From an uncultured Bacteroidales bacterium (GTDB lineage: Bacteria > Bacteroidota > Bacteroidia > Bacteroidales > UBA7960), in contig CAYZCW010000003.1 of NCBI GenBank assembly GCA_964477035.1, forward strand, positions 95,900-159,899: 64,000 bases of DNA. Reading direction: 5' to 3'. Both the position numbers and the translations under genes were made by a program. Shown here piece by piece: positions 53,790-62,852 of the stretch (the stretch's first letter is position 1; the number at the start of each line of letters is the position of its first letter). The notes under the pieces are model-generated. The model was not told where the DNA came from. It ran no database searches and saw nothing but the letters and a program-made list of their open reading frames with translations.

Positions 53790-53860
53790 GTGGCTTTCGG
53801 ATTTTCCGGATCCACCGGAAGGACGGGGCGGGGAACGGGATAAACCAAAACCATGGCAGG

Positions 53861-54199
53861 ATGGAAAAGGAAACCACGATCCGGCAGGCACAGGCGGAGG
53901 TCGACCACTGGGTCACCACCACGGGGGTACGCTACTTCAGTGAGCTGACCAATTTGGCCCTGCTGACCGAAGAGGTGGGCGAACTGGCCCGCATCATCGC
54001 ACGGCGGTACGGAGACCAGTCGTTCAAGGAAGGAGAATCGGGCGAAGGCCTGGAGGAGGAAATGGCCGATGTGCTCTTTGTCCTGATCTGCCTGGCCAAC
54101 CAGTGCGGGGTCGATCTGGACGGGGCCCTGGCACGCAGCCTGGACAAGAAAACCAAAAGGGACGCCGTGCGCCACCGCAACAACCCGAAGCTGCGCTGA
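53861..54199 (+). CDS. MazG-like nucleotide pyrophosphohydrolase
   Basis: 112 aa with LTEEVGELARII....EE.ADVLF.L..LAN..G.DL, typical of a small MazG/YpjD-type domain. Confidence 0.8.
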   Translation: MEKETTIRQAQAEVDHWVTTTGVRYFSELTNLALLTEEVGELARIIARRYGDQSFKEGESGEGLEEEMADVLFVLICLANQCGVDLDGALARSLDKKTKRDAVRHRNNPKLR

Positions 54200-55198
54200 T
54201 TATCTGGGATCGTAGGCCCACTTCAGCCAGACCGAGCCCCAGGTGAAGCCCCCGCCGAAGGCGGTCAGGATGATGTTGTCCCCCTTGCGCAGCCTGTCCT
54301 CGTAGTCCCACAGGCACAGCGGAATGGTGGCCGTGGTGGTGTTGCCGTATTTGTCGATGTTGACCATCACCCGTTCCATGGGCACGCCCATGCGCCTGCC
54401 GGTGGCTTCGATGATGCGCATGTTCGCCTGGTGGGGCACCACCCAGGCCACCGCATCCGACGACAAATTGTTCTTTTTCATGATCTCGACCGAGACGTCG
54501 GCCATCTTGGTGACGGCATATTTGAACACCGGCTGCCCTTCCTGGTAAATATAATGCTCCCGGGCGTCGATGGTCTCGTGGGAGGGAGGCTTAACCGAGC
54601 CGCCCGCCTTCATGTGCAGGTGGATGCGACCGGATCCGTCGGCCTGAAAAATGTGGTCCATCACCCCCACGTCTTCGGTGGTGGGCTCCAGCAGGACGGC
54701 ACAGGCCGCATCGCCGAATATGACGCAGGTCTGGCGGTCGGAATAATCCACGATCGAGGACATTTTATCGGCCCCGATCACGATGACTTTCTTGTAATGC
54801 CCCGATTCCACGAACCTGGAGGCGGTGACCAGGGCGTAGATGAAGCCGCTGCAGGCCGCATTCAGGTCGTAGCTGAAGGCATTTTTGATGCCCGTCTTGT
54901 CGCTGATCACATTGGCCGTGGCCGGAAACTTCATGTCCGGGGTCACCGTGGCGCAAAGCACGAAATCAACCTCGGAAGGATCCGTCCCTGTCTTTTCCAG
55001 CAGTCCCCTGACTGCCTCGGCGGCCATGTCGGAGGTTCCCAGGCCTTCTCCTTTTAAGATGCGGCGCTCCCTGATGCCCGTACGGCTGATGATCCACTCA
55101 TCTGTGGTATCGACCATTTTTTCCAGTTCCTGGTTGGTGAGGATGTGGTCGGGGAGGTATCCGTGAATGCCGGTAATTGCTGCTCGGGTCGTTGCCAT
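54200..55198 (-). CDS. fabH: 3-oxoacyl-ACP synthase III
   Basis: ITGIHGYLP, DEWIISRTGI, active-site NAACSGF, VPHQANMRII, GNTTTATIP. Confidence 0.93.
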   Translation of the reverse strand: MATTRAAITGIHGYLPDHILTNQELEKMVDTTDEWIISRTGIRERRILKGEGLGTSDMAAEAVRGLLEKTGTDPSEVDFVLCATVTPDMKFPATANVISDKTGIKNAFSYDLNAACSGFIYALVTASRFVESGHYKKVIVIGADKMSSIVDYSDRQTCVIFGDAACAVLLEPTTEDVGVMDHIFQADGSGRIHLHMKAGGSVKPPSHETIDAREHYIYQEGQPVFKYAVTKMADVSVEIMKKNNLSSDAVAWVVPHQANMRIIEATGRRMGVPMERVMVNIDKYGNTTTATIPLCLWDYEDRLRKGDNIILTAFGGGFTWGSVWLKWAYDPR

Positions 55199-55233
55199 AT
55201 CCCAAAAACTTAGAATGTTGCAAAGAAAGGGAA

Positions 55234-56211
55234 TTATTCGTTACCGGAATCAAAAAACCGGTTATGGGTATATTGTTCCATTCCTTCGTGGATCCTGTCG
55301 GCCAGGCCGGCCAAATGCACCTGCCTGGAGTGCAGGAGCATGTTTTTGATGGCCGTGGCATTGGAAATGCCGTGGCCGATCAGCACGGTGGCGTTGATGC
55401 CCAGGATGGGCGTGCCTCCGTAATTTTCGTAATTGAAGCGGGCAAAGAACCCATCGGTCAGTCCGCGTTTCATCATGAGGCGGAACATGGCCTCCATGTT
55501 CTTCAGGACGACGTTGCCGGTGAATCCGTCGCAGACGACCACATCCACCTTGTCTTTGAAAAAATCACGGCTTTCCACATTGCCGATAAAGTGAAAATCG
55601 GGGCTGTCTTTCATCAGGCGGAAGGCCGACTGGCACAGGAGGCTTCCCTTGTCCTCCTCCTCCCCGATGTTGAGCAGTCCGACCTTGGGGTCCTTGATCC
55701 CCAGCACATGGCGGGCATAGACCGATCCCAGCAGCCCGAACTGGTACATGACGTCCGGCTTGCTGTCCGGGTTGGTGCCCACATCGATCAGCACCCCCAT
55801 GCCTCCGTTTTCCTTGGGGATCAGTGCCGTGGTGGCCGGGCGGATGATCCCCTGGACCGCATTGACGCTGTAGATCGAACCCACCAGCATGGCGCCCGTA
55901 TTCCCGGCGCTGGAGAAGGTGTCTATTTTACCGGACTTAAGGAGTTTGAAGCCCAGGGCAATGCTGGACCGGGGTTTGGCGGAAAGCGCCCTGGTCGGGG
56001 ACTCCCCCATACTTATGACTTCGGTGGCGGGGATGATGTCAAACCAGTCCGGCCCGGCCTGCTCCCTGCGGAGTCCGTCCAGAATGGCCCCTTCCTCACC
56101 GATCAGTACGATGCGGTCGCTTTCCGGGACCTCCTTCCGGGCCATCACAGCACCGGAAATGGTGGCATCCGGGGCAAAGTCGCCCCCCATTACATCTAAC
56201 CCAATTCTCAT
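55234..56211 (-). CDS. plsX: phosphate acyltransferase PlsX
   Basis: MRIGLDVMGGDFAP, SAGNTGA, NIGEE..KG, VVCDGFTGNV.LK. Confidence 0.93.
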   Translation of the reverse strand: MRIGLDVMGGDFAPDATISGAVMARKEVPESDRIVLIGEEGAILDGLRREQAGPDWFDIIPATEVISMGESPTRALSAKPRSSIALGFKLLKSGKIDTFSSAGNTGAMLVGSIYSVNAVQGIIRPATTALIPKENGGMGVLIDVGTNPDSKPDVMYQFGLLGSVYARHVLGIKDPKVGLLNIGEEEDKGSLLCQSAFRLMKDSPDFHFIGNVESRDFFKDKVDVVVCDGFTGNVVLKNMEAMFRLMMKRGLTDGFFARFNYENYGGTPILGINATVLIGHGISNATAIKNMLLHSRQVHLAGLADRIHEGMEQYTHNRFFDSGNE

Positions 56212-56255
56212 TATTCAGGCTTGGATTCGCATTCCCGGCCGGTACCGGGCAAGGG

Positions 56256-56441
56256 CTAAACGGCGGACGACTTCTCGATGGCCACCTGACCGCGGTAGTG
56301 TCCGCATTCGGGACAGACACGGTGCATCAGCTTGGCAGAACCGCAATTGGGGCAGCTGGTAAGGGCCGGCTCAACGGCCTTGTAATGGGTGCGCCGCTTG
56401 TCCCTGCGGGTTTTCGAAATTTTACTCTTTGGATGTGCCAT
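56256..56441 (-). CDS. rpmF: 50S ribosomal protein L32
   Basis: MAHPKSKISKTRRDKRRTH.., CPNCG....HRVCPECG; 61 aa. Confidence 0.9.
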   Translation of the reverse strand: MAHPKSKISKTRRDKRRTHYKAVEPALTSCPNCGSAKLMHRVCPECGHYRGQVAIEKSSAV

Positions 56442-56490
56442 AATGATACAATATAAAAAATTTTCGTCGGATGCTTCAATCGTTTGCTGT

Positions 56491-57027
56491 TCAGGAATCG
56501 AACCTCAGGTTCCTGAGGCCGGCCCAGGGAGAATCCCCCTTTGCCATCCCCTCATCCTGCCTGCCCTGGTGACGCCTGAGGGTCTCCAGGGCTTCGGGGC
56601 GGCAACCCGGTGAGCCATCTTCCCGGTCGGGATGCACATGCCTGAGGGGCAGGCCAAGGTGGATGAATTCGTATACGAATTGCGCTATGTCCACGTGGCT
56701 CTCGGTGGCCGGGATCAACACGATCTCGTCCGACTGCTCGGCATGGGCGTCTCCGAACTTAACCAGCAGGCGCTTCCCGAATGCAAGCGGCTGACTGTAG
56801 GATTCCAGGCAGCGGTCACAGGCGAGGAGCACCTCTCCTTCAAATTGAAAGTGAAGCACCAGCATGGTGCTGGTTTTTTCCAGCTCCAGCTCCAGCTTCA
56901 CACTTCCTTCCTCAAAAGCAGCCACCTGAAAACCGTCAAAAAACGCCGGGCCGATGACAAACGAAAACCGGTGTGTTCCCGTTGAAAGGCCTGTAAAACC
57001 GATCCGGTACTGCTTCAATGGATTCAA
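56491..57027 (-). CDS. yceD: DUF177/YceD-family protein
   Basis: 178 aa directly upstream of rpmF-plsX-fabH, which is the conserved context. It carries the CDRCLE motif typical of the family. Confidence 0.8.
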   Translation of the reverse strand: MNPLKQYRIGFTGLSTGTHRFSFVIGPAFFDGFQVAAFEEGSVKLELELEKTSTMLVLHFQFEGEVLLACDRCLESYSQPLAFGKRLLVKFGDAHAEQSDEIVLIPATESHVDIAQFVYEFIHLGLPLRHVHPDREDGSPGCRPEALETLRRHQGRQDEGMAKGDSPWAGLRNLRFDS

Positions 57028-57132
57028 TCTGCGTTCAGATTTTTCAAAGGCTGCAAAGATATAACTATTGGGCGAAATAAAAAAGGATTATCTGCATGGA
57101 TTTCAAAAAGCTACCCATCCAGGGAGGGGCCC

Positions 57133-60100
57133 CTATTTGAACGCCTGCTCAAGGAGGGCATCACCGCCCAGCCTCAGCCGGTTAAAATAGGAAGGCACTT
57201 CTTTGCCCGTAAGCTGGTTCACATACAGCCTGGCCAGGTATTGCCCGAGCATGAACCCTTGTCCGCGCAGACCCAGAAACAAGCCTTTTTCCACATCGAT
57301 GACCATCCTTGGTTCGATGTAATAACCGGCCCACAAGGCCTGGAAGCCGACAGAGGAGATTTCGGGGATCCAGTCGGTGAAAATCTCCGCCACGATCTCT
57401 GCAAATTCCCTCGAGTTGACCTTCACGTCCTTATCGGTCTCCCGGGGTTCCACCATGGGGGAGGCACACCCGATCAGCTGTCCCGTATCCCCGAGCTGCT
57501 GCCCGTAGACGGCCGTGAATCCCTTGTACGGACGGCGGTCGATGAGCATGTCCAGGGGGTTGCCGTTCACGCCCAGCATGGGCAGGCGGCGGGTGATGAA
57601 GGCCTGGTGTTTCACCGGGTACAGGCCGGTTTCGATGCCCAGCCTCCTGGCAAACTGGTCGCCCTGATCTCCCAATGCATTGATAAACAGGGGTGTATGA
57701 TATTCAATGTATTCCCCTTCGTTCGTCTGAACGATGGCCTTGTACAAGTCCCCGTTCTTTTCCACATCCACCAGCCGGCAGTTCTCCAGGAGGGAACCCC
57801 CGGACTGTATACCCAGCTGGCGCAAGGCTTCAATCACCTTGCCCGGGGTGGCCTGCCAGCATTCGCTGGTCTTCAGGGCAGCCAGGTACCTGGTCTTTTC
57901 CACGTTAAAGAAGGGAGAGATCTCTTCTTTGAAACGGGCGGGCTTCAGCATCACGGCCTTCTGCCAGGCCATGGAGTCTTCCAGGGCCTTGACCATGGCT
58001 TCGTCATGGGCAAAGGTGACGTAATTGATCAGCCTGAAGTCTATGTCGGCCTTACCTGCCAGGTCACTGAACATCTCCAGGTTGTGGCGGGCGATGTCGG
58101 TCAGTTCGGGCAGGCTGAACACGGGCCGGCCGCCGGCAATGTTTCGCCAGGAGGCCCCAAAGCCGGCATTGATCAGCACGGGGTCATAGCCTTCCTCCGC
58201 CAGGAACCGGAACAGCGAACTGCCGCCCATGCCGCCCCCGGCTACCAGGGCTTTGGTTTCCACAACCGTACGCTGCCTGCCATGGGGCGGGGTCAGCACC
58301 TGGTCATGGACCCCAGACGGGTACAACTCCCCGATGGTGATCTGGTTGGACATGGGGGCCCGGGGGGTAGAGCCGCCGATAAGCTGCACGCCCCGGGGGC
58401 GAAGGTTCATCTTGAGCCGCTGTATGCAGCGCTTGCCGCGGCAGGGACCCATCCCCAGGTGGGTGGTGTGTTTGATTTCCTCCACCGACACAAACTTTCG
58501 GTCGCCGATCACCTTCAGCACGTCTTCGAAGCCCACGTCATCGCAATGGCACATGAAGTAGCCCGAATCCACCTTTTCCTTGTGCGGCTTCATCTGCAAA
58601 GGGTCCGGATAGTCATTCCTCGGGACAAACCCCCTCACCTGCAACTTTTTGTCAGGGTCCATGCCTTCGGCCTTCACCCGGGCCACATGGGTCAGGTTCT
58701 TCTTGCGGAGCACCTTCTGAATGTGTCCTTCCCCCAGGATATTGGCCTGGTTGTCGACCAGGAAAACCTCCAGGCCTTCTTCCATATCGAACTCAATGGG
58801 CAGAAAAAATGTGTCCTTACGGAGGTTGTATCCGAAAATCGCCAGCCCGGGGCACTGGTAGACACAGTCCATGCAGCCGATGCATTTGTCGAAATCGATG
58901 GAAGGCACCGTGCTGGTGGATGACTTGGTGATGGCACCGTATTTACAGGCAAAGGCACAGGGGTTGCAGGCAAAGCCATACAGGCAGTCGATCAGCACGA
59001 AGGGTTTGTCCATGCGCTCGGGCGCGGGCATGAAAGGTTTGTCGATCACCCGGACCGGATGCTGCTGGGAGTCAATATACTCCTTGGAAACCAGCAGGTA
59101 GTCATCATAATGAAACCGCCGCTGCATGTTCTCCAGGATCTCATAGGCCACCTGTTTGCCGCGCAGCACGGCGCTGGTGCCTTCCCCGATGCGGATGGCA
59201 TCCCCTGCCCCGTAGCAGTGCCGGCCAAACATCTCGCGGCCCTTCTCCAGCAAGGCATCGTCCGGCATGAGTCCCGTGCAGATATTGATGGCATCGATGC
59301 CCTCGATCACCTTTTCGGTGCCTTCCACGGGCTTGAAATCCACGGCTTCGGCCACCACCGCCCCACGGATGCCGTCTCCCATTTTGTTGGGAAGGGCTTC
59401 CAGGATCATGTGAGACAACAGGACCGGGATGCCCAGCCTTCTGACCCGGTTGGCCTGCACGGGAAAGCCGCCCTCGTGGGGCATGGCTTCGATGATGGCC
59501 TTTACCCGGGCACCGGCCTGGGTGAGCTGGTAACTGGTCAGGTAACCAATGTTGCCCGCCCCCACCGTCAGCACATTGCGACCCAGCAGGGTGAGCTCGG
59601 TGTTCATCATTTTCTGGATCACCGCCGCGGTGTAGACGCCGGGGAGGTCGTCATTGTGAAAAGTGGGGAGGAACGGCACAGCCCCGGAAGCCACGACAAA
59701 ATGCTTGCAGTCAATGTAAAATATTTCCTGGGTCTTGAAGTTTTTCACCGCCACACGGTTCCCTTCAAACACATCCCATACCGTGCTGTCCAGGATGATG
59801 CCGTCGTGGTTGTCGCCCGCCAGCAGCCTGGAGATCTCAAAGCCACGCAGTCCGCCGTATTTTTTTTCCTTTTCGAAAAAGAAGAACTGGTGCGTCTGCA
59901 TGTTAAACTGCCCCCCGATCTGGGGGTTGCTGTCGACCACGATGTTGCTCACCCCATGCCCGTTGAGTATCTCCCGGGTGGCAAGCCCGGCCGGACCTGC
60001 TCCGACAATGACCACATCCGTCCGGTACACCCTGACGCCCCCCTCCTTCCGGTATTTTGAAGGACCCGCCACGTGGTCATGCGGGATTTCAGCAACCTCC

Positions 60101-60363
60101 CTGACCCCGTCCACCAGGGTGATGCAGATCCGTCGGACCTCCCCGTCGACCAGCATTTCGCAGGCCCCGCATTTGCCGATGCCGCACTCCAGGCTGCGGC
60201 TGCGGTTTTTCAGGCTGTGGCTGTGGATCGGAAAACCCGCCTGATGGAGGGCTGCCGCAATGGTGAAGCCTTTATCCCCCTCAACGACCTTTCCGTTATA
60301 CCGGAAGGCCTGTTTGGGGGTCTCTTTGATTTCTAAAATCGGATGGCTGGTTATTTTGTGCAT
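57133..60363 (-). CDS. multi-domain flavin/iron-sulfur oxidoreductase: single-chain fusion of HcnA-like [2Fe-2S], HcnB-like FAD/NAD(P) reductase, 4Fe-4S ferredoxin-like, BFD-like [2Fe-2S] and HcnC/DAO-like FAD dehydrogenase modules
   Basis: 1076 aa. Cys60-x4-Cys65-x2-Cys68-x11-Cys80 (LECGIGKCGACEM..RIC). GxGxxG at 120 (GAGPAG) and 267 (GAGNIG). C466xxC469xxxC473 and C494xxC497xxC500xxxC504P. BFD-like C605-x-C607...C641-x4-C646. A third dinucleotide fold at 707 (VAGGGMGG) is followed by ~370 aa of DAO-like sequence. Confidence 0.8.
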   Translation of the reverse strand: MHKITSHPILEIKETPKQAFRYNGKVVEGDKGFTIAAALHQAGFPIHSHSLKNRSRSLECGIGKCGACEMLVDGEVRRICITLVDGVREVAEIPHDHVAGPSKYRKEGGVRVYRTDVVIVGAGPAGLATREILNGHGVSNIVVDSNPQIGGQFNMQTHQFFFFEKEKKYGGLRGFEISRLLAGDNHDGIILDSTVWDVFEGNRVAVKNFKTQEIFYIDCKHFVVASGAVPFLPTFHNDDLPGVYTAAVIQKMMNTELTLLGRNVLTVGAGNIGYLTSYQLTQAGARVKAIIEAMPHEGGFPVQANRVRRLGIPVLLSHMILEALPNKMGDGIRGAVVAEAVDFKPVEGTEKVIEGIDAINICTGLMPDDALLEKGREMFGRHCYGAGDAIRIGEGTSAVLRGKQVAYEILENMQRRFHYDDYLLVSKEYIDSQQHPVRVIDKPFMPAPERMDKPFVLIDCLYGFACNPCAFACKYGAITKSSTSTVPSIDFDKCIGCMDCVYQCPGLAIFGYNLRKDTFFLPIEFDMEEGLEVFLVDNQANILGEGHIQKVLRKKNLTHVARVKAEGMDPDKKLQVRGFVPRNDYPDPLQMKPHKEKVDSGYFMCHCDDVGFEDVLKVIGDRKFVSVEEIKHTTHLGMGPCRGKRCIQRLKMNLRPRGVQLIGGSTPRAPMSNQITIGELYPSGVHDQVLTPPHGRQRTVVETKALVAGGGMGGSSLFRFLAEEGYDPVLINAGFGASWRNIAGGRPVFSLPELTDIARHNLEMFSDLAGKADIDFRLINYVTFAHDEAMVKALEDSMAWQKAVMLKPARFKEEISPFFNVEKTRYLAALKTSECWQATPGKVIEALRQLGIQSGGSLLENCRLVDVEKNGDLYKAIVQTNEGEYIEYHTPLFINALGDQGDQFARRLGIETGLYPVKHQAFITRRLPMLGVNGNPLDMLIDRRPYKGFTAVYGQQLGDTGQLIGCASPMVEPRETDKDVKVNSREFAEIVAEIFTDWIPEISSVGFQALWAGYYIEPRMVIDVEKGLFLGLRGQGFMLGQYLARLYVNQLTGKEVPSYFNRLRLGGDALLEQAFK

Positions 60364-60456
60364 GAAATGGTTGATTTAGTAGCCCTTCCGGCCTGGTTGC
60401 TCATAAATTTCCCTGGCAAACGGGCTGTAACCCTTGTATACTAACGATTTCCACCG

Positions 60457-60464
60457 CAAAGGTA
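60457..60464 (-). promoter_or_regulatory. candidate -7 promoter box (TACCTTTG) for the fusion oxidoreductase
   Basis: Exact TAnnTTTG on the minus strand, 94 nt upstream of the start at 60363. Confidence 0.35.
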
Positions 60465-60570
60465 GGCTTTTTAAAAAATTCGCTCCGGCAGCAGGGGGAA
60501 TTTTTACTGATTCTAAACTGGCACCATGCGGGCCTTCTTTAGGAACGCAGGGTCAATTTAAAGGAAATAC

Positions 60571-60578
60571 TATCTTTG
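60571..60578 (+). promoter_or_regulatory. candidate -7 promoter box (TATCTTTG) for the SagB-like gene
   Basis: Exact TAnnTTTG, 74 nt upstream of the ATG at 60652 (47 nt upstream of the alternative ATG at 60625). Confidence 0.35.
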
Positions 60579-60651
60579 CGTGCAGGACCGTACGGAGGCC
60601 AGTTGGCTCCCGCTGCAGGACCACATGATGAAACCACCAACATCCGAAAGC

Positions 60652-61404
60652 ATGAAAAAATACATTGTCACGGCACTGATCATCTTTGCATTGCTGGGCG
60701 CGGCCGCCCTGGTTCTCAGAATAAGCCTGGGCACGGTCACACCGGCTGGCCGGGTTTCAGGCCAGGACAGCACCCCCGCACCCGACTATTCCCATACAAA
60801 TCCCGGCACCATGATCCCACTCCCCCCACCAGACACCCAGGGCGGCATGAGCCTCAACAGGGCATTGACCCTTCGGCGCTCTGTTCGCCAGTACGGCCCC
60901 GGGCCACTAAGCCTGGCACACGTTTCCCAGCTTTTATGGTCCGCGCAGGGCATCACCAACGAAAGGGGATTCCGCACCGCCCCGTCGGCAGGCGCCACCC
61001 TCCCGCTTGAGATGTTTCTGATGGCCAACAGGGTGGAGGGGATCAGGGAAGGTATCTACCATTACGACCCGGTGGAACATGCCCTGGAATTCATCCGGGA
61101 AGGGGCCCCGGCCGCAGAGCTGGCCAGGGCCTGCCTCAGTCAGTCGATGGTTACCGAAGGCGGGGCCGTGCTGATTTTCGCGGCCGATTTTGACCGGACC
61201 ACCGCCAGGTACGGAGAGCGAGGCATCCGGTACGTTTACAACGAGATCGGCCATGCCTCCCAGAACGTGCACCTTCAGGCTGCAGCGCTTGACCTGGGTA
61301 CTGTGGTAATCGGGGCCTACCGTGATGAGGAGGTGGAAGAGGTCCTGCAGCTTGACGAGCCGCTGCGGGTGCTGTACCTGATGCCTGTGGGTCTGTTGCC
61401 CTGA
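60652..61404 (+). CDS. SagB/ThcOx-type nitroreductase-family dehydrogenase with N-terminal membrane anchor or signal
   Basis: MKKYIVTALIIFALLGAAALVL, then RRSVRQYGPGPLSL..LLWSAQGIT.....RTAPSAGA..P.E.., YHYDP..H.L, IRYVYNEIGHASQNVHLQAAALDLG. Start chosen at 60652; the track ORF starts at 60580. Confidence 0.75.
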   Translation: MKKYIVTALIIFALLGAAALVLRISLGTVTPAGRVSGQDSTPAPDYSHTNPGTMIPLPPPDTQGGMSLNRALTLRRSVRQYGPGPLSLAHVSQLLWSAQGITNERGFRTAPSAGATLPLEMFLMANRVEGIREGIYHYDPVEHALEFIREGAPAAELARACLSQSMVTEGGAVLIFAADFDRTTARYGERGIRYVYNEIGHASQNVHLQAAALDLGTVVIGAYRDEEVEEVLQLDEPLRVLYLMPVGLLP

Positions 61405-61485
61405 TATTTACGGATTCAGCATAAAAGCAAAGGCCCCCGGCGGAAGCCAGGGGGCCTGCATGTCATTGGATCCGTTCCTGATCCA

Positions 61486-62829
61486 TCAGAAACGGTAGGA
61501 GATTCCTGAATACAGGGAAAAGTTATACAGGTAGGCCTTGCCCTGGACGGCCGTCAGTTCCTCCTGCAATACGGGGTTGAGGAAAACCTGCCCGGTGGGT
61601 TCGACAAAGAAACGAAGCCTGTGGGACAGGGGATAGCTGAGCACAAGGCCCCCGATGCCGGAATAATATTGCTCCCTGAGGCCTTCGGTTTTTCCGATGA
61701 CCCGGTCGGCGTCGGATCCGCCGCTAAGAAGGACCTCGTTGCGCATCAGGAAACTGGCCGCCACCCCGGCCTTCAGCTGGATGCCCACCCTGCGGTCCAG
61801 AAGCTGGTAACGCAGGATCAGGGGGACCTCCACGAAACTGAAATTCTGGGTGAGCCCGAGCCCCATCCGGGACAACAACTTGGGATCCTCAATGTCCATA
61901 AACCCCTTGGTCTCATCATCGATGCTGACCCGGGCGGCCCCGGTGTCCTCAAAATACAGGGTCGGGTCCGACAGGGAGATGCTTCCCAGGGAGGTCAGGA
62001 TGCTCTGGGGGTGCACCGGCACATCGGCCGGGTTGTAAAACTGCCTTCGGTCTGCATGCGAAAGGGCATTGACCTCATTTACCAGCTGGGCCATGTTCAG
62101 GTAGGTGACCCCGCTCTGTACCTCCAGCCTCTTTCCCAGCCGGAAGGAACCCAGCACCCCGTAACTGGTGGTCATACTTTCCTGTTCGAGCAGGCTGAAA
62201 GGAACCGATGAGGCTCCGGAGAGGTGGCGGTCATTGTACTGGGGGGCCACAAAAACACTCAGGGCGAACAGTCCAGGGTCCCCGCCGGCGGCTTCGAAAC
62301 CGCGAGGGGAAAGGTCTTCCCGCTCAGGCAGCGACGTGCGGACGAAAGCCAGCATGCCGGGCCGGGAGTGACTTTCCAGGATACCCTGAGCCCCTTGCAG
62401 CAAGGCAGGCAGGGCGCCGGTCCGGGGCCTGGCCACCGCCGGTTCATCTGTGGCAAGGCCCTCCGGCTCCGGGGTCACCAGGCTGGCCATGAGGGAGGGC
62501 TGCACACCCCCGGAAAAGCCCACAGAGGCATCGGTGCCCTCAGCATCCGTGCTGATGGTTACATCCGGTTGGATTCCCGGAACCGTGTCAAGGAAGCCGG
62601 CCAGGGAACGAACATCCTGGTTGTAGGTGGAAAAATACCAAAAAGAGAAAGCCGTCACGGAAAGCACGGCGATGGCAGCGGCCACCCGGAATACCCAGGG
62701 AGCCATCACGGCAGCGGCGGGCGCCTGCAGGCCCTTCTCGATTCCAAGCCACACGCCGGCCGGCGGCTCGGGCTCAAAGCCCTCAAACCGGCTGCGCAGG
62801 TCCTGGTCGAAATGGTTCCTATCTGCCAT
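61486..62829 (-). CDS. membrane protein: anti-sigma-like N-terminus, one TM helix, C-terminal outer-membrane-beta-barrel-like domain
   Basis: 447 aa, 23 nt downstream of the ECF sigma gene. N-terminus FDQDLRSRFEGFEPEPPAGVWLGIEKGL and TM WVFRVAAAIAVLSVTAFSFWYF. The C-terminal ~250 aa show alternating strand pattern ending ..YNFSLYSGISYRF. Confidence 0.65.
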   Translation of the reverse strand: MADRNHFDQDLRSRFEGFEPEPPAGVWLGIEKGLQAPAAAVMAPWVFRVAAAIAVLSVTAFSFWYFSTYNQDVRSLAGFLDTVPGIQPDVTISTDAEGTDASVGFSGGVQPSLMASLVTPEPEGLATDEPAVARPRTGALPALLQGAQGILESHSRPGMLAFVRTSLPEREDLSPRGFEAAGGDPGLFALSVFVAPQYNDRHLSGASSVPFSLLEQESMTTSYGVLGSFRLGKRLEVQSGVTYLNMAQLVNEVNALSHADRRQFYNPADVPVHPQSILTSLGSISLSDPTLYFEDTGAARVSIDDETKGFMDIEDPKLLSRMGLGLTQNFSFVEVPLILRYQLLDRRVGIQLKAGVAASFLMRNEVLLSGGSDADRVIGKTEGLREQYYSGIGGLVLSYPLSHRLRFFVEPTGQVFLNPVLQEELTAVQGKAYLYNFSLYSGISYRF

Positions 62830-62852
62830 GTCTGTGTTTTTGTCTTGTTTAT

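Noticed and set aside
57241-60060. Plus-strand ORFs 57241..58923 (560 aa) and 59059..60060 (333 aa) over the fusion oxidoreductase
   Set aside because: They are antisense to a frame carrying three GxGxxG folds and four ordered Cys clusters, and they have no motifs themselves.
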